Shown here one piece after another: positions 45,423 through 58,200 of a stretch of DNA of 64,000 bases. A model generated the notes under the pieces. That model was not told where the DNA came from, did no database searches, and worked only from the letters and a program-made list of their open reading frames with translations. Within the stretch, counting starts at the first letter, position 1, and the number at the start of each line of letters is the position of its first letter. The DNA is from an uncultured virus (IMG/VR IMGVR_UViG_3300020183_000017) (Duplodnaviria > Heunggongvirae > Uroviricota > Caudoviricetes): the IMG/VR virus record IMGVR_UViG_3300020183_000017. One strand, written 5' to 3'. The translations under genes were made by a program, and so were the position numbers.

Positions 45423-48400
45423 TGGCATATATCGGAAATTCAGTTGCTGATGTTTCTTCGGGCGCAAGACCTAGAGACGAATTTAGGGGCGACGGAGTCC
45501 AGCAAACATTTTTACTGTCTGACCCTGTTCCTGGTGGTTACACAAGTAATGTTACAGTTTTTGTTGAGAATGTTCCTCAACAGCCAGACGATGCATATAA
45601 AATAGTAACTCTTAAACGACTAATGCTAACTGGTCAGATTAATGATTTTGAAATAAACAAAATTATTACACAGTCAACAACAGCAGCCTCTGGTATAATT
45701 GTCAACTACGTGCAGAACAGTGGCTATGTTGATATTCTACAAACATCATCAGCGGATTTTATAGCCAGTGGCACTAGAATCGATTCTCAAAATACTGCAC
45801 TTATTGCTACTGGTTTTGTTGATTCAATACAAATTTTGTATTATTATGGATTACAATTTACTAGTGTTCCCGATATTGGTGCAGTAATTTATTCAATCAA
45901 TCTTGGTGGCTCTACGTATAACTTAGTTCCTTCTGCAGGATCAGTAACTCCAGATAGCCTCTCAGAAAATCTAAGAAATTTTGTAATTGATAAACATACT
46001 GCAACAAATAATCAAATTTCTTTCTCATTATCGCAACCAGAAAGTTATATTAACACCTTATTAGTAACAGTTAATGGTGAGTTTAAAACACCTGTTGAAG
46101 ACTATACATTAGCGACGACTGGTTCTGTAAAATCTGTAAGCATAATAAATCCTGGTATTGGATACGAATTAACACCTGCTATTTCTTTTACTGGTAATGG
46201 ATCTGGAGCAACAGCTAATGCTACTCTAGGAACTACTGGTATCGTAAAGGGAATAACAGTAACTGCTGGTGGTGATAATTATACTGTAGCTCCTGATGTA
46301 ACAATTAATGGTGGCGCTGGTGAAGGTGCAGAAGCAGTAGCAACTCTAGCAAACACAGGTAAAATTGCTTTAGTAACTGTAACAAATCCTGGCGCAAATT
46401 ATACGCAAGCTCCTTCTATTACATTCACTGGTGGTGGCGGATCAAGCGCAACTGCAACTGCATCTTTAACTTCAACTGGTTCTATTAAATCAGTATCTTT
46501 AAGTAATGCTGGTTCTGGATATTCAACACCACCAACTGTAAATTTATCAGGGGGTGGGGGAGAAGGAGCATCAATCGTTTCTGTTTTAGGATTTACTGTA
46601 GATACAGCAACAGTTGATAATGGTGGTTCTGGTTATACATCTGCTCCATCTATCTCATTTACTGGTGGTAATGGATCTAATGTTGCAGCTACAGCAGTAT
46701 TAGCATCTGCTGGTTCTCTAAAAACACTATCGTTAAGTAGTGGTGGTTCTGGATATACTGTTGCTCCAACTATTTCTTTCTCAGGTGGTAGCGGTTCTGA
46801 AGCAGCAGCGACAGCAACACTAGCAACTTCTGGTGGTGTTGTCTCAGCGACTGTTACTAGTGGTGGAACACTATATGAAGCTGCTCCATCTGTTTCTTTT
46901 TCTGGTGGTAATGGCTCTGGAACTACTGCTGATGCTATTTTAGCAACTGCAGGCGCAGTAAAATCTTTATCTTTATCTAATGTTGGCGCTGGTTATGAAT
47001 CAACCCCAACAATTTCATTCACAGGTGGTAGTGGTTTAGGAGCTACTGCTACTGCATCATTATCAGCAACTGCTAATGTAAAAAGAATTAATGTAACTAA
47101 TGGTGGCTCAAACTATGAAAATGCGCCTACTGTTACATTCTCAGGAGCAAGTGGTTCTGGGGCTACTGCTACTGCATTATTGTCAGCAACAGGTGGTATT
47201 AAACAAGTAAATATTACTAACGGTGGTGCTGGTTATACTAATGCACCAACTATCACATTTGGTGGAACTGGAACTGGTGCAACAGCAACAGCAACAGTTT
47301 CTGGTGGAACCATTACAGCGATTACTGTAACAAATGCTGGTTCTGGTTATTCAACAGCAAACGTAGTTATAACACCATTCCCTGGAGACACTATTACTAA
47401 TACTGCTACCAGCACTGCGGTGATTGGTTACTCAGTTGCTTCTATTAATGTAACATCAGCAGGTTCTGGTTATACGTCAGCTCCAAATATAGATATTACT
47501 GGTGATGGTACTGCAGCTGCGGCTACAGCAGTATTAGGATACACATTAGCAAGTCTAGATGTAACAGCAGGTGGTTCTGGTTATACGTCAGCTCCAAATG
47601 TAGTTATAACAGATACTGGTGCGCAAGCTGCTACTACTGGAGCAGTCGCATCAGCAACTCTTGGGTTTGCTGTAGGTTCTATTAGTATAACTGCAGCAGG
47701 ATCTGGATATACATCAGCGCCAACTGTAACGATTTCTGGTGGTTCTGGTTCTGGAGCAACAGCATCAGCAACTCTTGGGTTTGCTGTTGCTTCTTTAACA
47801 ATAACTAATGCTGGTTCTGGATATACTTCTGCTCCAACTATTTCTTTCTCAGGTGGTAGTGGTTCTGGAGCAGCAGCGACAGCAGTTCTTGGTTTTGCTG
47901 TAGATTCTATAACTATTACAAATAATGGCTCTGGTTATACTTCTGCTCCAACTATTTCTTTCTCAGGTGGTAGCGGTTCTGGAGCAGCAGCGACAGCTAA
48001 TTTAGCAGCGACAGGTTCAGTAAAATCTTTAGCAGTATTAATAGCTGGTTCTGGATATACTTCTGCTCCAACTATTTCTTTCTCAGATGGTGGCGGTTCT
48101 GGAGCAGCAGCGACAGCAGTTCTTGGATTCGGTATAGCAAGTATCGCAGTTAATACTGCTGGCTCTGGATATAATTTAAGTACAGCTGTAACAATAACAC
48201 CCCAAGCTGGAGATTCAAATACTACTACTGCTACAGCTGTTCCAACTTTAGGTAGAGCTGTTGCTGCAGTCTCTGTTATAAACTTAGGTTCTTCCTATAC
48301 AAGTGTTCCTTCAGTTTCTTTCTCTGGTGGTAATGGAGCAGGAGCAGCAGCAACAGCTAGACTTGGTTATAGCATTGCAAGCATTGCTGTTGTTAATCAA

Positions 48401-48985
48401 GGTTCTGGTTATGGTACTTCCCCAATAGTTGTTATTACACCACAGGTTGGAGATGTCCCTCTTCAAGCAGCAACAGCAGTTTCTACACTAGGTAGTTCTG
48501 ATTCTATTGAGTTCGTTACTCCAAGAAGTGCTGGTCAGAAAGTTGTTATTCAACATCTAGGGTTTAGCACAGTAAGTAGAAATGTCAATGAAGAAGTTGG
48601 AGCATTTACTCCTCAGCTTAAAATTGGTGGCGCAGCTTCTGGATTAATATATCTAAATAATATTGGTCAATATATAAAAACAGGTAGAATAGTAACAGCA
48701 AATATTCAAATTCGTTTGATTCAATTTGGTGTCTCTCTTGGAGAATTAACGATTATTGGATTACCGTATCAATCTTATGGTGTTACTCAACAATCTTTTT
48801 CCTTTAATTTTGATGAAACCACTGAACAATTTGGACCAGCAATTGCTGTTATCCCTCAATCTTCAAACACAATAAAACTGGGTTATACTAACTTGCTAAC
48901 AGGAAGGTGGGTTCCATTAACTCATACTGCTCTTACTAATTCTTCATTTATGAACCTAAGTTTTACATATATATCGGCTAAATAA
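45422..48985 (+). CDS. repeat-rich tail appendage/structural protein
   Basis: MAYIGN N-terminus and 20 copies of an approximately 39-aa GSGYTSAP repeat. Confidence 0.85.
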   Translation: MAYIGNSVADVSSGARPRDEFRGDGVQQTFLLSDPVPGGYTSNVTVFVENVPQQPDDAYKIVTLKRLMLTGQINDFEINKIITQSTTAASGIIVNYVQNSGYVDILQTSSADFIASGTRIDSQNTALIATGFVDSIQILYYYGLQFTSVPDIGAVIYSINLGGSTYNLVPSAGSVTPDSLSENLRNFVIDKHTATNNQISFSLSQPESYINTLLVTVNGEFKTPVEDYTLATTGSVKSVSIINPGIGYELTPAISFTGNGSGATANATLGTTGIVKGITVTAGGDNYTVAPDVTINGGAGEGAEAVATLANTGKIALVTVTNPGANYTQAPSITFTGGGGSSATATASLTSTGSIKSVSLSNAGSGYSTPPTVNLSGGGGEGASIVSVLGFTVDTATVDNGGSGYTSAPSISFTGGNGSNVAATAVLASAGSLKTLSLSSGGSGYTVAPTISFSGGSGSEAAATATLATSGGVVSATVTSGGTLYEAAPSVSFSGGNGSGTTADAILATAGAVKSLSLSNVGAGYESTPTISFTGGSGLGATATASLSATANVKRINVTNGGSNYENAPTVTFSGASGSGATATALLSATGGIKQVNITNGGAGYTNAPTITFGGTGTGATATATVSGGTITAITVTNAGSGYSTANVVITPFPGDTITNTATSTAVIGYSVASINVTSAGSGYTSAPNIDITGDGTAAAATAVLGYTLASLDVTAGGSGYTSAPNVVITDTGAQAATTGAVASATLGFAVGSISITAAGSGYTSAPTVTISGGSGSGATASATLGFAVASLTITNAGSGYTSAPTISFSGGSGSGAAATAVLGFAVDSITITNNGSGYTSAPTISFSGGSGSGAAATANLAATGSVKSLAVLIAGSGYTSAPTISFSDGGGSGAAATAVLGFGIASIAVNTAGSGYNLSTAVTITPQAGDSNTTTATAVPTLGRAVAAVSVINLGSSYTSVPSVSFSGGNGAGAAATARLGYSIASIAVVNQGSGYGTSPIVVITPQVGDVPLQAATAVSTLGSSDSIEFVTPRSAGQKVVIQHLGFSTVSRNVNEEVGAFTPQLKIGGAASGLIYLNNIGQYIKTGRIVTANIQIRLIQFGVSLGELTIIGLPYQSYGVTQQSFSFNFDETTEQFGPAIAVIPQSSNTIKLGYTNLLTGRWVPLTHTALTNSSFMNLSFTYISAK
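46109..48500 (+). repeat. intragenic array of 20 GxGY-xxxP-xxx-GG-ATA repeats
   Basis: Counted in the translation; near-identical DNA copies at about 46745, 47813, 47927 and 48047. Confidence 0.9.
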
Positions 48986-49005
48986 TACTATCTTCAGGGG
49001 AAAAC

Positions 49006-49233
49006 ATGGCAGTCAGTAAAATCAAATCATCTTCTCTACAGTCTAATATTAAACTGCAAGGTGACGTTGTAGATTTCCCAGGTGGAACTACTGCTCAAAG
49101 AACTGGTAGCCCAGAGGCTGGGCAGGTTCGCTTTAATGAAACCGTAAGAAAACTAGAAGTATACAATGGGGCTGGCTGGGATTCAGTCAACCCACAATCA
49201 TTACAAATTGCGCTTGCAGTTGCATTAGCATAA
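49006..49233 (+). CDS. small tail-associated protein
   Basis: P.GTTAQR...G..RFN...LEVYNG..W motif and C-terminal IALAVALA. Confidence 0.75.
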   Translation: MAVSKIKSSSLQSNIKLQGDVVDFPGGTTAQRTGSPEAGQVRFNETVRKLEVYNGAGWDSVNPQSLQIALAVALA

Positions 49234-49255
49234 CTTTTTGGAACAGAGGAAATAA

Positions 49256-52200
49256 ATGGCTAAGAAACTATTAGCAACAGGCTTTAGAATTGATAGAGAT
49301 AATAATGCTATTTACATTAATGGCAATATTCTTCTACAAAGATTATTACTCATCACAGATGTAACTACAAACAGAATTATCTATAACTTTGCTGACGAAG
49401 GTTCTGGTGTTCTTACTAGAGAGTATAATGTAGATACGAATGAAACTAAATTCGTATTCAGACTTTCTCTAGCTGCACTTAATGTTGTAAACACAGACAT
49501 TCTCCAAATTCTTGTCGAGAATGAATCTACAGAAATTCGTCCAGAAGATCCATTTATTGATCCTGTTTCTAAGCTGCGTATTTCACAACCAGAAAACCTT
49601 ATCGATACTGACTTCGAATATGGTCTTCAGACTACTAAGTGGGAAACATTAAAACTTGTTAATAATGTCCCATCATTCTATTCTAAGAATGGCGCCAATG
49701 CAATTTCTGTATCCTCAGTACAAGCTACTCAAGGTTCAACTACTGTTTTAGTTAGTGCACCAGCGCACGGTTTGACCGCAGGTTCTCCTTTTGAAATTAC
49801 TGGTTTATCAAACTCTCAATTTGAGGGTGGTTATATTGTAACTTCTGTTATTAGCGTAAATCAATTTACATATCAGTTAACCTTTGCTCCGCTTAATACG
49901 CTAGAACTGTCAACAGTTTATACTGCAGTTATCCCTGGAGCTTTCTACTTCGGTTCTCAAATTACTGTTTCTGATATTGAAACAAATGGTCTTAATCCAT
50001 CACACTTAATCGTTAAGACTAAGTTCCCACATGGATTCTCATTAAACACACCATTCTATTTCTTAAACACTGTTGCTATCTATCGTCAAGATATTCCGAT
50101 CAATAATTTTAATGTTGACGATACTACAACAAACGAGAAAGCAACAAATTCAACATCTATTGCGGAATCTGTTTTAGATTACAGAATTACATCAGTTACA
50201 CCATATAGATTTGTTGGTAAAGGCGCACTGTATTGGGACAACACAAATTTAAACACAGATATTAATGCTCCGATTTCATCAGCAAGAATTGTTAATGGTG
50301 GTGCTGGTTATGTGTCAAATCCAGTAGCTACTCCTGTTTTCGTGTCAACAGCAGTATTTCCTACCGTAAACTCTGTAACATTTAACGCAACAGCAACAGG
50401 TGTTGTTGTTGGAACTGGAGCAAATGCTGGTAGAATAACTACTGCTGCGCACACATTTGTTACTGGCGATCGTGTTGAGTATCATATGGAAGGAGCTGCT
50501 GTAGCTTCTCTTGTTGGTAGCACATCTTTAATTAGAGATCCGCATAGATACGTTTCTAGTAATTTGTTTATGGGAGAACAATCAGTAACTGAAGGAACAG
50601 TTGGTTATTCACCATCAGCATTCGGTACTGGTGCTAGTTTCCAAGGTGCCTCTACAGGACAAACTACTGCGTTGTTATCTATGGACACATCTTCATATTA
50701 TGGTAGAATTGAACCTGGTATGGAAATTAGAGTATTTTCAATTAGTTCAACTACAACAACTGCTCCAACATTATTACTCCCAGAGGGAACAACAATTAGT
50801 TCTTTCAGCATCACAGGAACTTTATTACAAGTTGTGTTGGAGTTTCCATTTCCTCTATCTACTGGTATTAATTTTGCAGCGACAACTGCTTGGCATGCCG
50901 CATCTATCTCTTCAGCAAGAAGTACTATTAGAACAGACAATCATGGATTTGTTACAGGCGACAGAGTTTACTACAGAAGAGTTGTTACTGCAACTGGAAC
51001 AGTAAATGCTAACTCTCCAGCTCTAGCGACTATTGGTGGCTTAACTGATAGCACTTCTTATTTCGTCATTAGAATTGACTCAAGCACATTCAGATTAGCG
51101 ACAACTTATGTAAATGCTATGCGTGGTATTTACATTAAAATTACAAATATTGGATCTGGTGCGTTTAACTCTGTTAATGGTAGATTCTTGCCAGGACATG
51201 TATTTATTGCTAGTAGTGATTCCTTATATGCTAGAGTCTTATCATCAACAACATTACAGCTACATTCAACAAGAAATGATGCGTTAAACAATACTAATGT
51301 AATCACAATTACAACAGCGGGAACTGGAACTGCTCAAAGAATTTCAGCTGCTCCAGCTGTGTTCTCAACAACTGTTACTGGTTCTACTGTTTCTTCTATC
51401 TCAACAATAGATTCTGGTTCGAGTTATGATAAGAATGCTTCAATTACTGTTTCTCCATACATAGAAACTAGATCATTAAACTTATCTGGTTTTTCTGGAG
51501 GAACTAGAGCTTCTGGTACAACAAACTCACTGACATTTAAGACAAATTTATACGATCGTCCAATTTATGCAGGTATGCTTGTTAGTGGAACAGGTATTGC
51601 TGCAGGAGCTGTTGTTAACACAGTAAGCGTTCCTGATGTAAACAATAATATTGTTGTTCAGATTAGTGCTAACATTAATGCTAATATTACTCACGGTCAA
51701 CTAATTTCTTTCGCAGATAACCCAGGAACTACTGCCAACATCGTTCCTAACATTAGAGTATCTTGCTTTAATGTTCCAGGACATGGTTATAATTTAGGAG
51801 ATTCCTTGTGGTTCTATAATCCACCAGGAAACACATTCCCATCTTCTTTAACTGCTTGTAGAGTTTATTTTGTTTATCCAATCGATAACAATAACTTTGC
51901 TCTCCTTACAGCGTTAACATTCCCAGCGGGTTTTACTCAAGCTAATTCTAATGCAAGAGTAGTTCTAAACACAGGAACAGTTTTAAATGATAGAAAATTT
52001 GTAGCTACCAGATCATTTAGAATTACTGGAAACAATGCAACTTTTGTTCAAGTTGATGCTGATTTAAATGTTTCTTATGGTTTAAATGTTAATGATGCAT
52101 TTATTATTACAAATACAACAGGTAATGGAACTCTAGGTAGTACTACCATCACAAATGCTGTTGACGCAACAACAAACAATGCTGCTCATACGATCTACTT

Positions 52201-55200
52201 TGCTAGATCTATAACACAATCTGGAGCGAATTCTCTAAGAGAGTTGACATTCGCAACCACAACTACTGGTGCTGTTGTAAGCACAGGGGCTAGGTCTGGA
52301 GAAGTTTTCATTACTCCAATCGTTCTTTTAGCTGAATCCGATTCGATTTATATTCCGAATCATGGATTCTTAAATGATGATTATGTAATTTATACCGCAA
52401 CCAATACTTCAATTGAAGGGGTTAATCCTTATACTACTACTGCTGGCGTTACTTTAGCAGCTGCAGGATTTAATGGATATCTAATCGACAAAGTGTCTGA
52501 TGATCGTTTTAAAATAAAAAGAAGAGATACTGGGACTGTAGTTGACCTAAGAGGATTTGGAACTGGTACTCACACATTTACCAATATTAAATATTCAGCT
52601 TTAGCAAATACAGTAAATAAAACAAATCATGGTTTCCTAGCAAATCAAACAGTTATTTACGATTCTGCTGGCGCTCCTATTGTTGATGGTTTAAGAAATA
52701 CATTTGAGTATTTTATCAGACCTGTGAATATTGACAACTTTAGAGTTTCTACAACAACTCAAGAGTTAGCAATAGCAGCAGTTTCTAAAGCTGTAAATGC
52801 TTCATCGATGACCATTACATTTAATACTAATCACAGTTTAACTGTAGGAGATTCTTTAATTATTCGCGATAATCCAAATTCATACATGAACGGGTACTGG
52901 ACAGTTGCAACTGTTCCAGCAACACCTACAATTAATGCAGCGCCATCTACAATTACAGTTAGCATACCAGTATTTACCAACCCTGCTCCTGCAGTAACGC
53001 AAAATGCTGCTACTGGAGTTACGTATGGTATCGCGTATTCGTATGTAGATTTCGCTTTTGTTACTGCTAGACGTTCTGTTATCACTCCAGTGCCAGCAGG
53101 AAAAACCTTTACTACACTAAAAGCGATCGATCGTCTATTGGATAAGAAAACTCCATCAGCTAATGGTGGTGGTATTGTTACGAATCATCTAGTTAGATCT
53201 AGTGATGTACTACCTTTTGAGTCAAAAGTTTCTGCCGTAACTGGTGTAAATATTAGAACTGCACGAATTTTATTTAAACCTAGAGATATTCTGTCAGCAG
53301 TAAGAAACGATAATGTAGTTACAGTTACTACTACTCTACAACATGGTTACAATAATAACCAAACAGTAATGATCCAAGGGTTGCCAACAACTTCTTTCAA
53401 TACTGCATCTCCAGTAACAATTACTACAACTGGAACTAATACATTTACCTTCGCTCAGAACGGATCTAATGAAACTGCGACTATTGATGCTGATTCGATT
53501 GTTGTAATGGCGCTAACATCTGCTCAAGCTGCACTACTTTCTTCAGTCGGGCATGATGCTAATACTGGAGCAAATAATGTAACTCTAGCAGCTGGAGCTG
53601 TTAACGCTACATCAATTACTGCAACTGTTGCAACAGCAACTCAAATCTCTAATGTTACAAAAACATTAGTAGCGAATGCTGGTTTAGTTAATCAGTATAC
53701 ATTAATTGTTCCAGATACCATTGATCTAAAACCAGGTATGCCTGTTGTTGGTTCTGGAATTAACACCGATGCTAGAATCTTAAGAATTCTATCCCCAACA
53801 CAAATTGAGTTGACTGCTCCTAATACTGCTAATACTACAGCATCAACATATACATTCTTCAAGATTCAAGCAGGTCAAGAAGTTACTCAAGCTAGTACTA
53901 ATCTTTCTACTGTTGCTGGAGCAAATGCTACGGCAAATACCAGCACCTTTGTAGCTAAAGCTGGAACAGCTGCATTAATTAACAATACTTACATTAGTGG
54001 AGATAGATGTACTACAACTTTTGCATCAACTGCGCCAGAGGGTAATACATTTACAGTAGCGTCAACTTCAAATATCTTTACAGAATCTAGAGTTCAAACT
54101 CCAGCTACAGTTTCTTCACCTGCGCCATTTAATAGTAATGCAGTATTTTCTATTGCGAACCCATCAGTGTTTGTAACTACTGGCTTTACAACTAATACTA
54201 CTGGTACTGGTGTTTCAAACATTAGAGCATTTAAAGCAGACTCTAATAATGACGTATATACATTTAATGATGGTAGAGGAACAGGTATTCTAAATGGTAT
54301 TCGTGTACCTCAACACCCTTATCTAACTGGAGATCCAGTTCGTTATTTTACTAACGGTGGTAATGATATTGGCGGATTAACCAATGGTCAACTTTACTAC
54401 TTGATTAAAGCAAATGACAACTTTATTCAGTTTGCTACAAGTCTTGCAAATGCTCAAGCTGGAACTGCTATTGTTCTTACAGGTTATGGTTCTGGATCAC
54501 AGCAATATGTTAGAGGTAATGTTTTCTGGGGTAACACATCAACTGGATTAAACGTCGGTCATCATGTTAATGCTACTCAGACAACACCAACAAACTTTAC
54601 TACAGCACTACCACAAGGTTCTGTTGTTCTTTCTAAGAGAACGGTTTCTAGTGCACCAACAAACAGTTATAGAGGAGTTGCATTTGTAGTTGGTTTTAGA
54701 GATGCAAATAATAATCTAGATGAAACTGTTTATGCTTCTGATACTTACCGTGTTGGTACTATCGGAGCAACTACTGGGGATGAAGCTGTTATTCAAACCA
54801 GTGGTATTAGAGGTGGCTTCGGTTCTGTTGGAAACAGAATTTTCTGTGATGATACCACAGGATTAGCAGTTGGTATGGTACCACTTCTTGCAACAAACGC
54901 AGCAGGAACTGCTGGCGTGTTAGTAAATTCACCAGCAGCAACAGTTGTTACATCTATTGCAGTTGACGGTAAATCGTTTACTGTTAGCCAAACACCAAGC
55001 ACTGCACTATTCGGTACTAGATTAATTGCTGGCGCTGGTAGTGTTTCTAATACACTAGCATGTACTGCAACAACATCTGGAACGAATGTAATTACTACCT
55101 CTGGCAATACTTCAAATATTGAAGTTAACAATCCTGTAATCTTTACAGGAGCACCATTCGGAACTATCTTAGCTAATACTGTATACTACATTAAAACAAT

Positions 55201-58200
55201 AGTAAGCGCAACTCAGTTTACTGTTTCAGAAACTATTTCTGGTGGTGTTGCTGGTCCAGTTAAATCACTAACAACTGGAACAGGAACTATGACGCTAAGA
55301 AGCGATATGGTTTATACAACTAGCACAACTGGGATAATCCCAGGCATGTCTATCGAGATGCTTACTGGTGTTTCTACTGGAGGAACAATAAGCGGTGGAG
55401 CTATAACTGATAACACTCGTGTTGTCGCTATTATTGACAGCAATAGATTTACCATAACAGAAGCTCCATCTGCACAATTAATCGGCGCAAGATTTGTAGT
55501 TGGTGTATCAAGCAGCAATGCTGGTGCACCAGCTAACGCTAACGTATATGTTCCAAGCGTAGCAGGATTTAAGGTTGGGCAACTGATAACATACATCTCT
55601 GGAATTGCAGGAGCATTCCCAGCTGCTACGACTTTTGCGACACAAGCGTGTATTCAAGCTGTAAACAATACTAACCCATTAAAGCCAATGATTACTGTTG
55701 GTACTATGGTAGAAACAACTGGTGTTATTACTGTTGGAAATGCGCCATCAACTAGACTACAAGGAGCAGTAATTGCTGCTGGTATCGGTTCTTCTACACC
55801 TACAACTTCATTAATCAGAGTTCCTTCTACTGTTGGTTTAAATACTGGTATGACAGTTGCTGTTACTGCAGGAACTGGAACCCTTGCAACTAATGGTGCA
55901 TTAATTACAGATATTAATCCAGTCAATAATACATTTACAGTTGGCACATCGCCAACAACTGCATTAAGTAATGCTTCCATTACTGGAACCATCACTGGTG
56001 CAGTTGTTACTGGTTTATATGTAAGTTCAAAAGAGCCAAACTTCCCAGAAAACGTAACAGTAACTGCAGTCAATGGTACCACAATTACTATTAGTGATGT
56101 TCATGGTGGTGTTACATCAGGAACTACAGTTACATTTAGTCCTTTCCCAGTTGGCGCACATGTTACTGGTGTTACTGGAACAGCTCCTAACGTGACTGTT
56201 ACACTTAACACACCTCATGCTGGTATATTTGGTGGAACAGCTGTTAATTTTAGCAGATTACCACCTAGAACATTCTTAGGGAATATTCCCCCATATGTAG
56301 CTTCTAACTGGCCACTAAGATTAGAGTTTACAACTCCTTTACCTGTTGCCTATACAACAGAAAATAGACCAATCGTATTTACTGGTTCTAATAAGAATCT
56401 TGGGGATAACGTAGCGTTTAAATCTTTTGGAACTCATGTCTTCACCAGAGCTTCTGATGCTGACGGTGTTTATGTTGTTGAGGATATTCCTAATCCAACA
56501 ACTTTTGTGGTTGCGACTTCTTCTAATATTCCATTTAATACTAAGTCTTTTGGTAACACTGAAGTCAATCTTACAGAAAATTACATTAAAATTCAAAACC
56601 ACAAGTTTAGAGATGGAACATCCCTAATCTACAGACCAGGAGCAAATACTTTGATTGGTACTGCTTCTTACACAGACAAAGATGGTGTATTGCAGAATAC
56701 CTTAGTGTCAGGACAAACATACTTTGCTGTTGTCGTTGATCCTAACTTCGTTAAACTCGCCCCAACTTTTGACGAGTCGATTTCTCCAAATCCAAACACT
56801 ATCGATTTAACAAGTGGAACAAACGGAACGCAGAGTTTTGACACTTTCTCAATTCTTGGATTAACGAAGGGAGTGGGAACCGTTGTTGTTACTGAAAACT
56901 CAGATATTGTTACTGGTATTGGAACTAAGTTCTTAACAAACTTTAAAGGTGGAGACGTTCTACGTTTCTATACAGCAGCTAATCCAGGTAAGATCTTTAA
57001 CTATCCAATTTCTTCAGTAAAATCAGATACTTCTATTAAACTTAGAAATTTTATTATTCCTGATCCTGCAGTTAAGGTTAATCTAATTACTGATAGGACT
57101 GTTAGTGCAGGCGCTGCAGTAACTACAGGACAACAAACAATTACATTAAGTAATGTAGCTAACTTAGCTATTGGTTACTACTTATTTGACAGCGTTGGTG
57201 TCTTTAGACCAAACACAAGAATTACTGCAATTAATGAAACAACAAGAGTTGTTACACTTGATCAATATCTGATTAGTTCTTTCGCCAATAATGCATCAAT
57301 AACAATTCAACCTGTGTTTGAATATTTTATTAGCACTAATATCTACGTAAAGTCTAATGCGACTACTGCTCATCGCCCATTTGATGGTGGTGTAACAATG
57401 ACAACTGGTTTAGTTCCAGATTCAAGTGTTATTCGTCAAACACGTAAATATTTCCGTTATCAGTCTGGTAAAGGTATTCAAGTTTCTATTGCTATTAACT
57501 TTAATCCACCAACAGATTGTGAAGAATTAACATCTAATGAGAACTTAGCTAAAGTAAAAGTTGATGCTCCACATGGCTTTAAATCTGGATCAACAAACAA
57601 GATTAGAATTACTGAAGCAACAGTGCCATCAGGGCACAATGGATACAATGGTAACTTTGATATTGCTGAAGTGCTAGACGAATATTCGTTTACTTATGTT
57701 TATGAAGATACTTCATTATATGGAACAGTAACTAATGGAACAAATACCATTACTTCAGTTTGGAATCTAGCAGGTATTGCTGTTGGTAAAACTATTAAGG
57801 CTGACACTTATAGCGGAATAACTATTCCTGAAAACACTATTATTACAGAAGTTAATACAAACACTAAAGTAATAACATTATCAAACAGTTTAACAGGAAG
57901 TTCTCCAACAGTAGGAATTTCTTCTATCGCTAGATTAAACGATACAGTTACTGTAGTAACTTCATCAGCTCATGGATTAGTAAATGGTAACTTTATTTCT
58001 ATTTCTGGAACTGGTGTTGGCGCTAATTTTAATGGATTCTCTGCTCCAGTAACTGTTGTTGATTCAACAACCTTTACTTACACAAACGCTGGTATAAACA
58101 TTACAGAGAATGCTGGCACTGTAATTAAACAAGTTAGACTGCCTGTTTATAGACAGAATGGTTCTTCTGTTGCATATGGCTTCCCTAAATTCAATCTGGT

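Noticed and set aside
46700..48130. CRISPR array or DGR template/variable repeat pair
   Set aside because: The repeats are in-frame coding units without unique non-coding spacers or adenine-specific differences; no cas or reverse-transcriptase gene is present in the window
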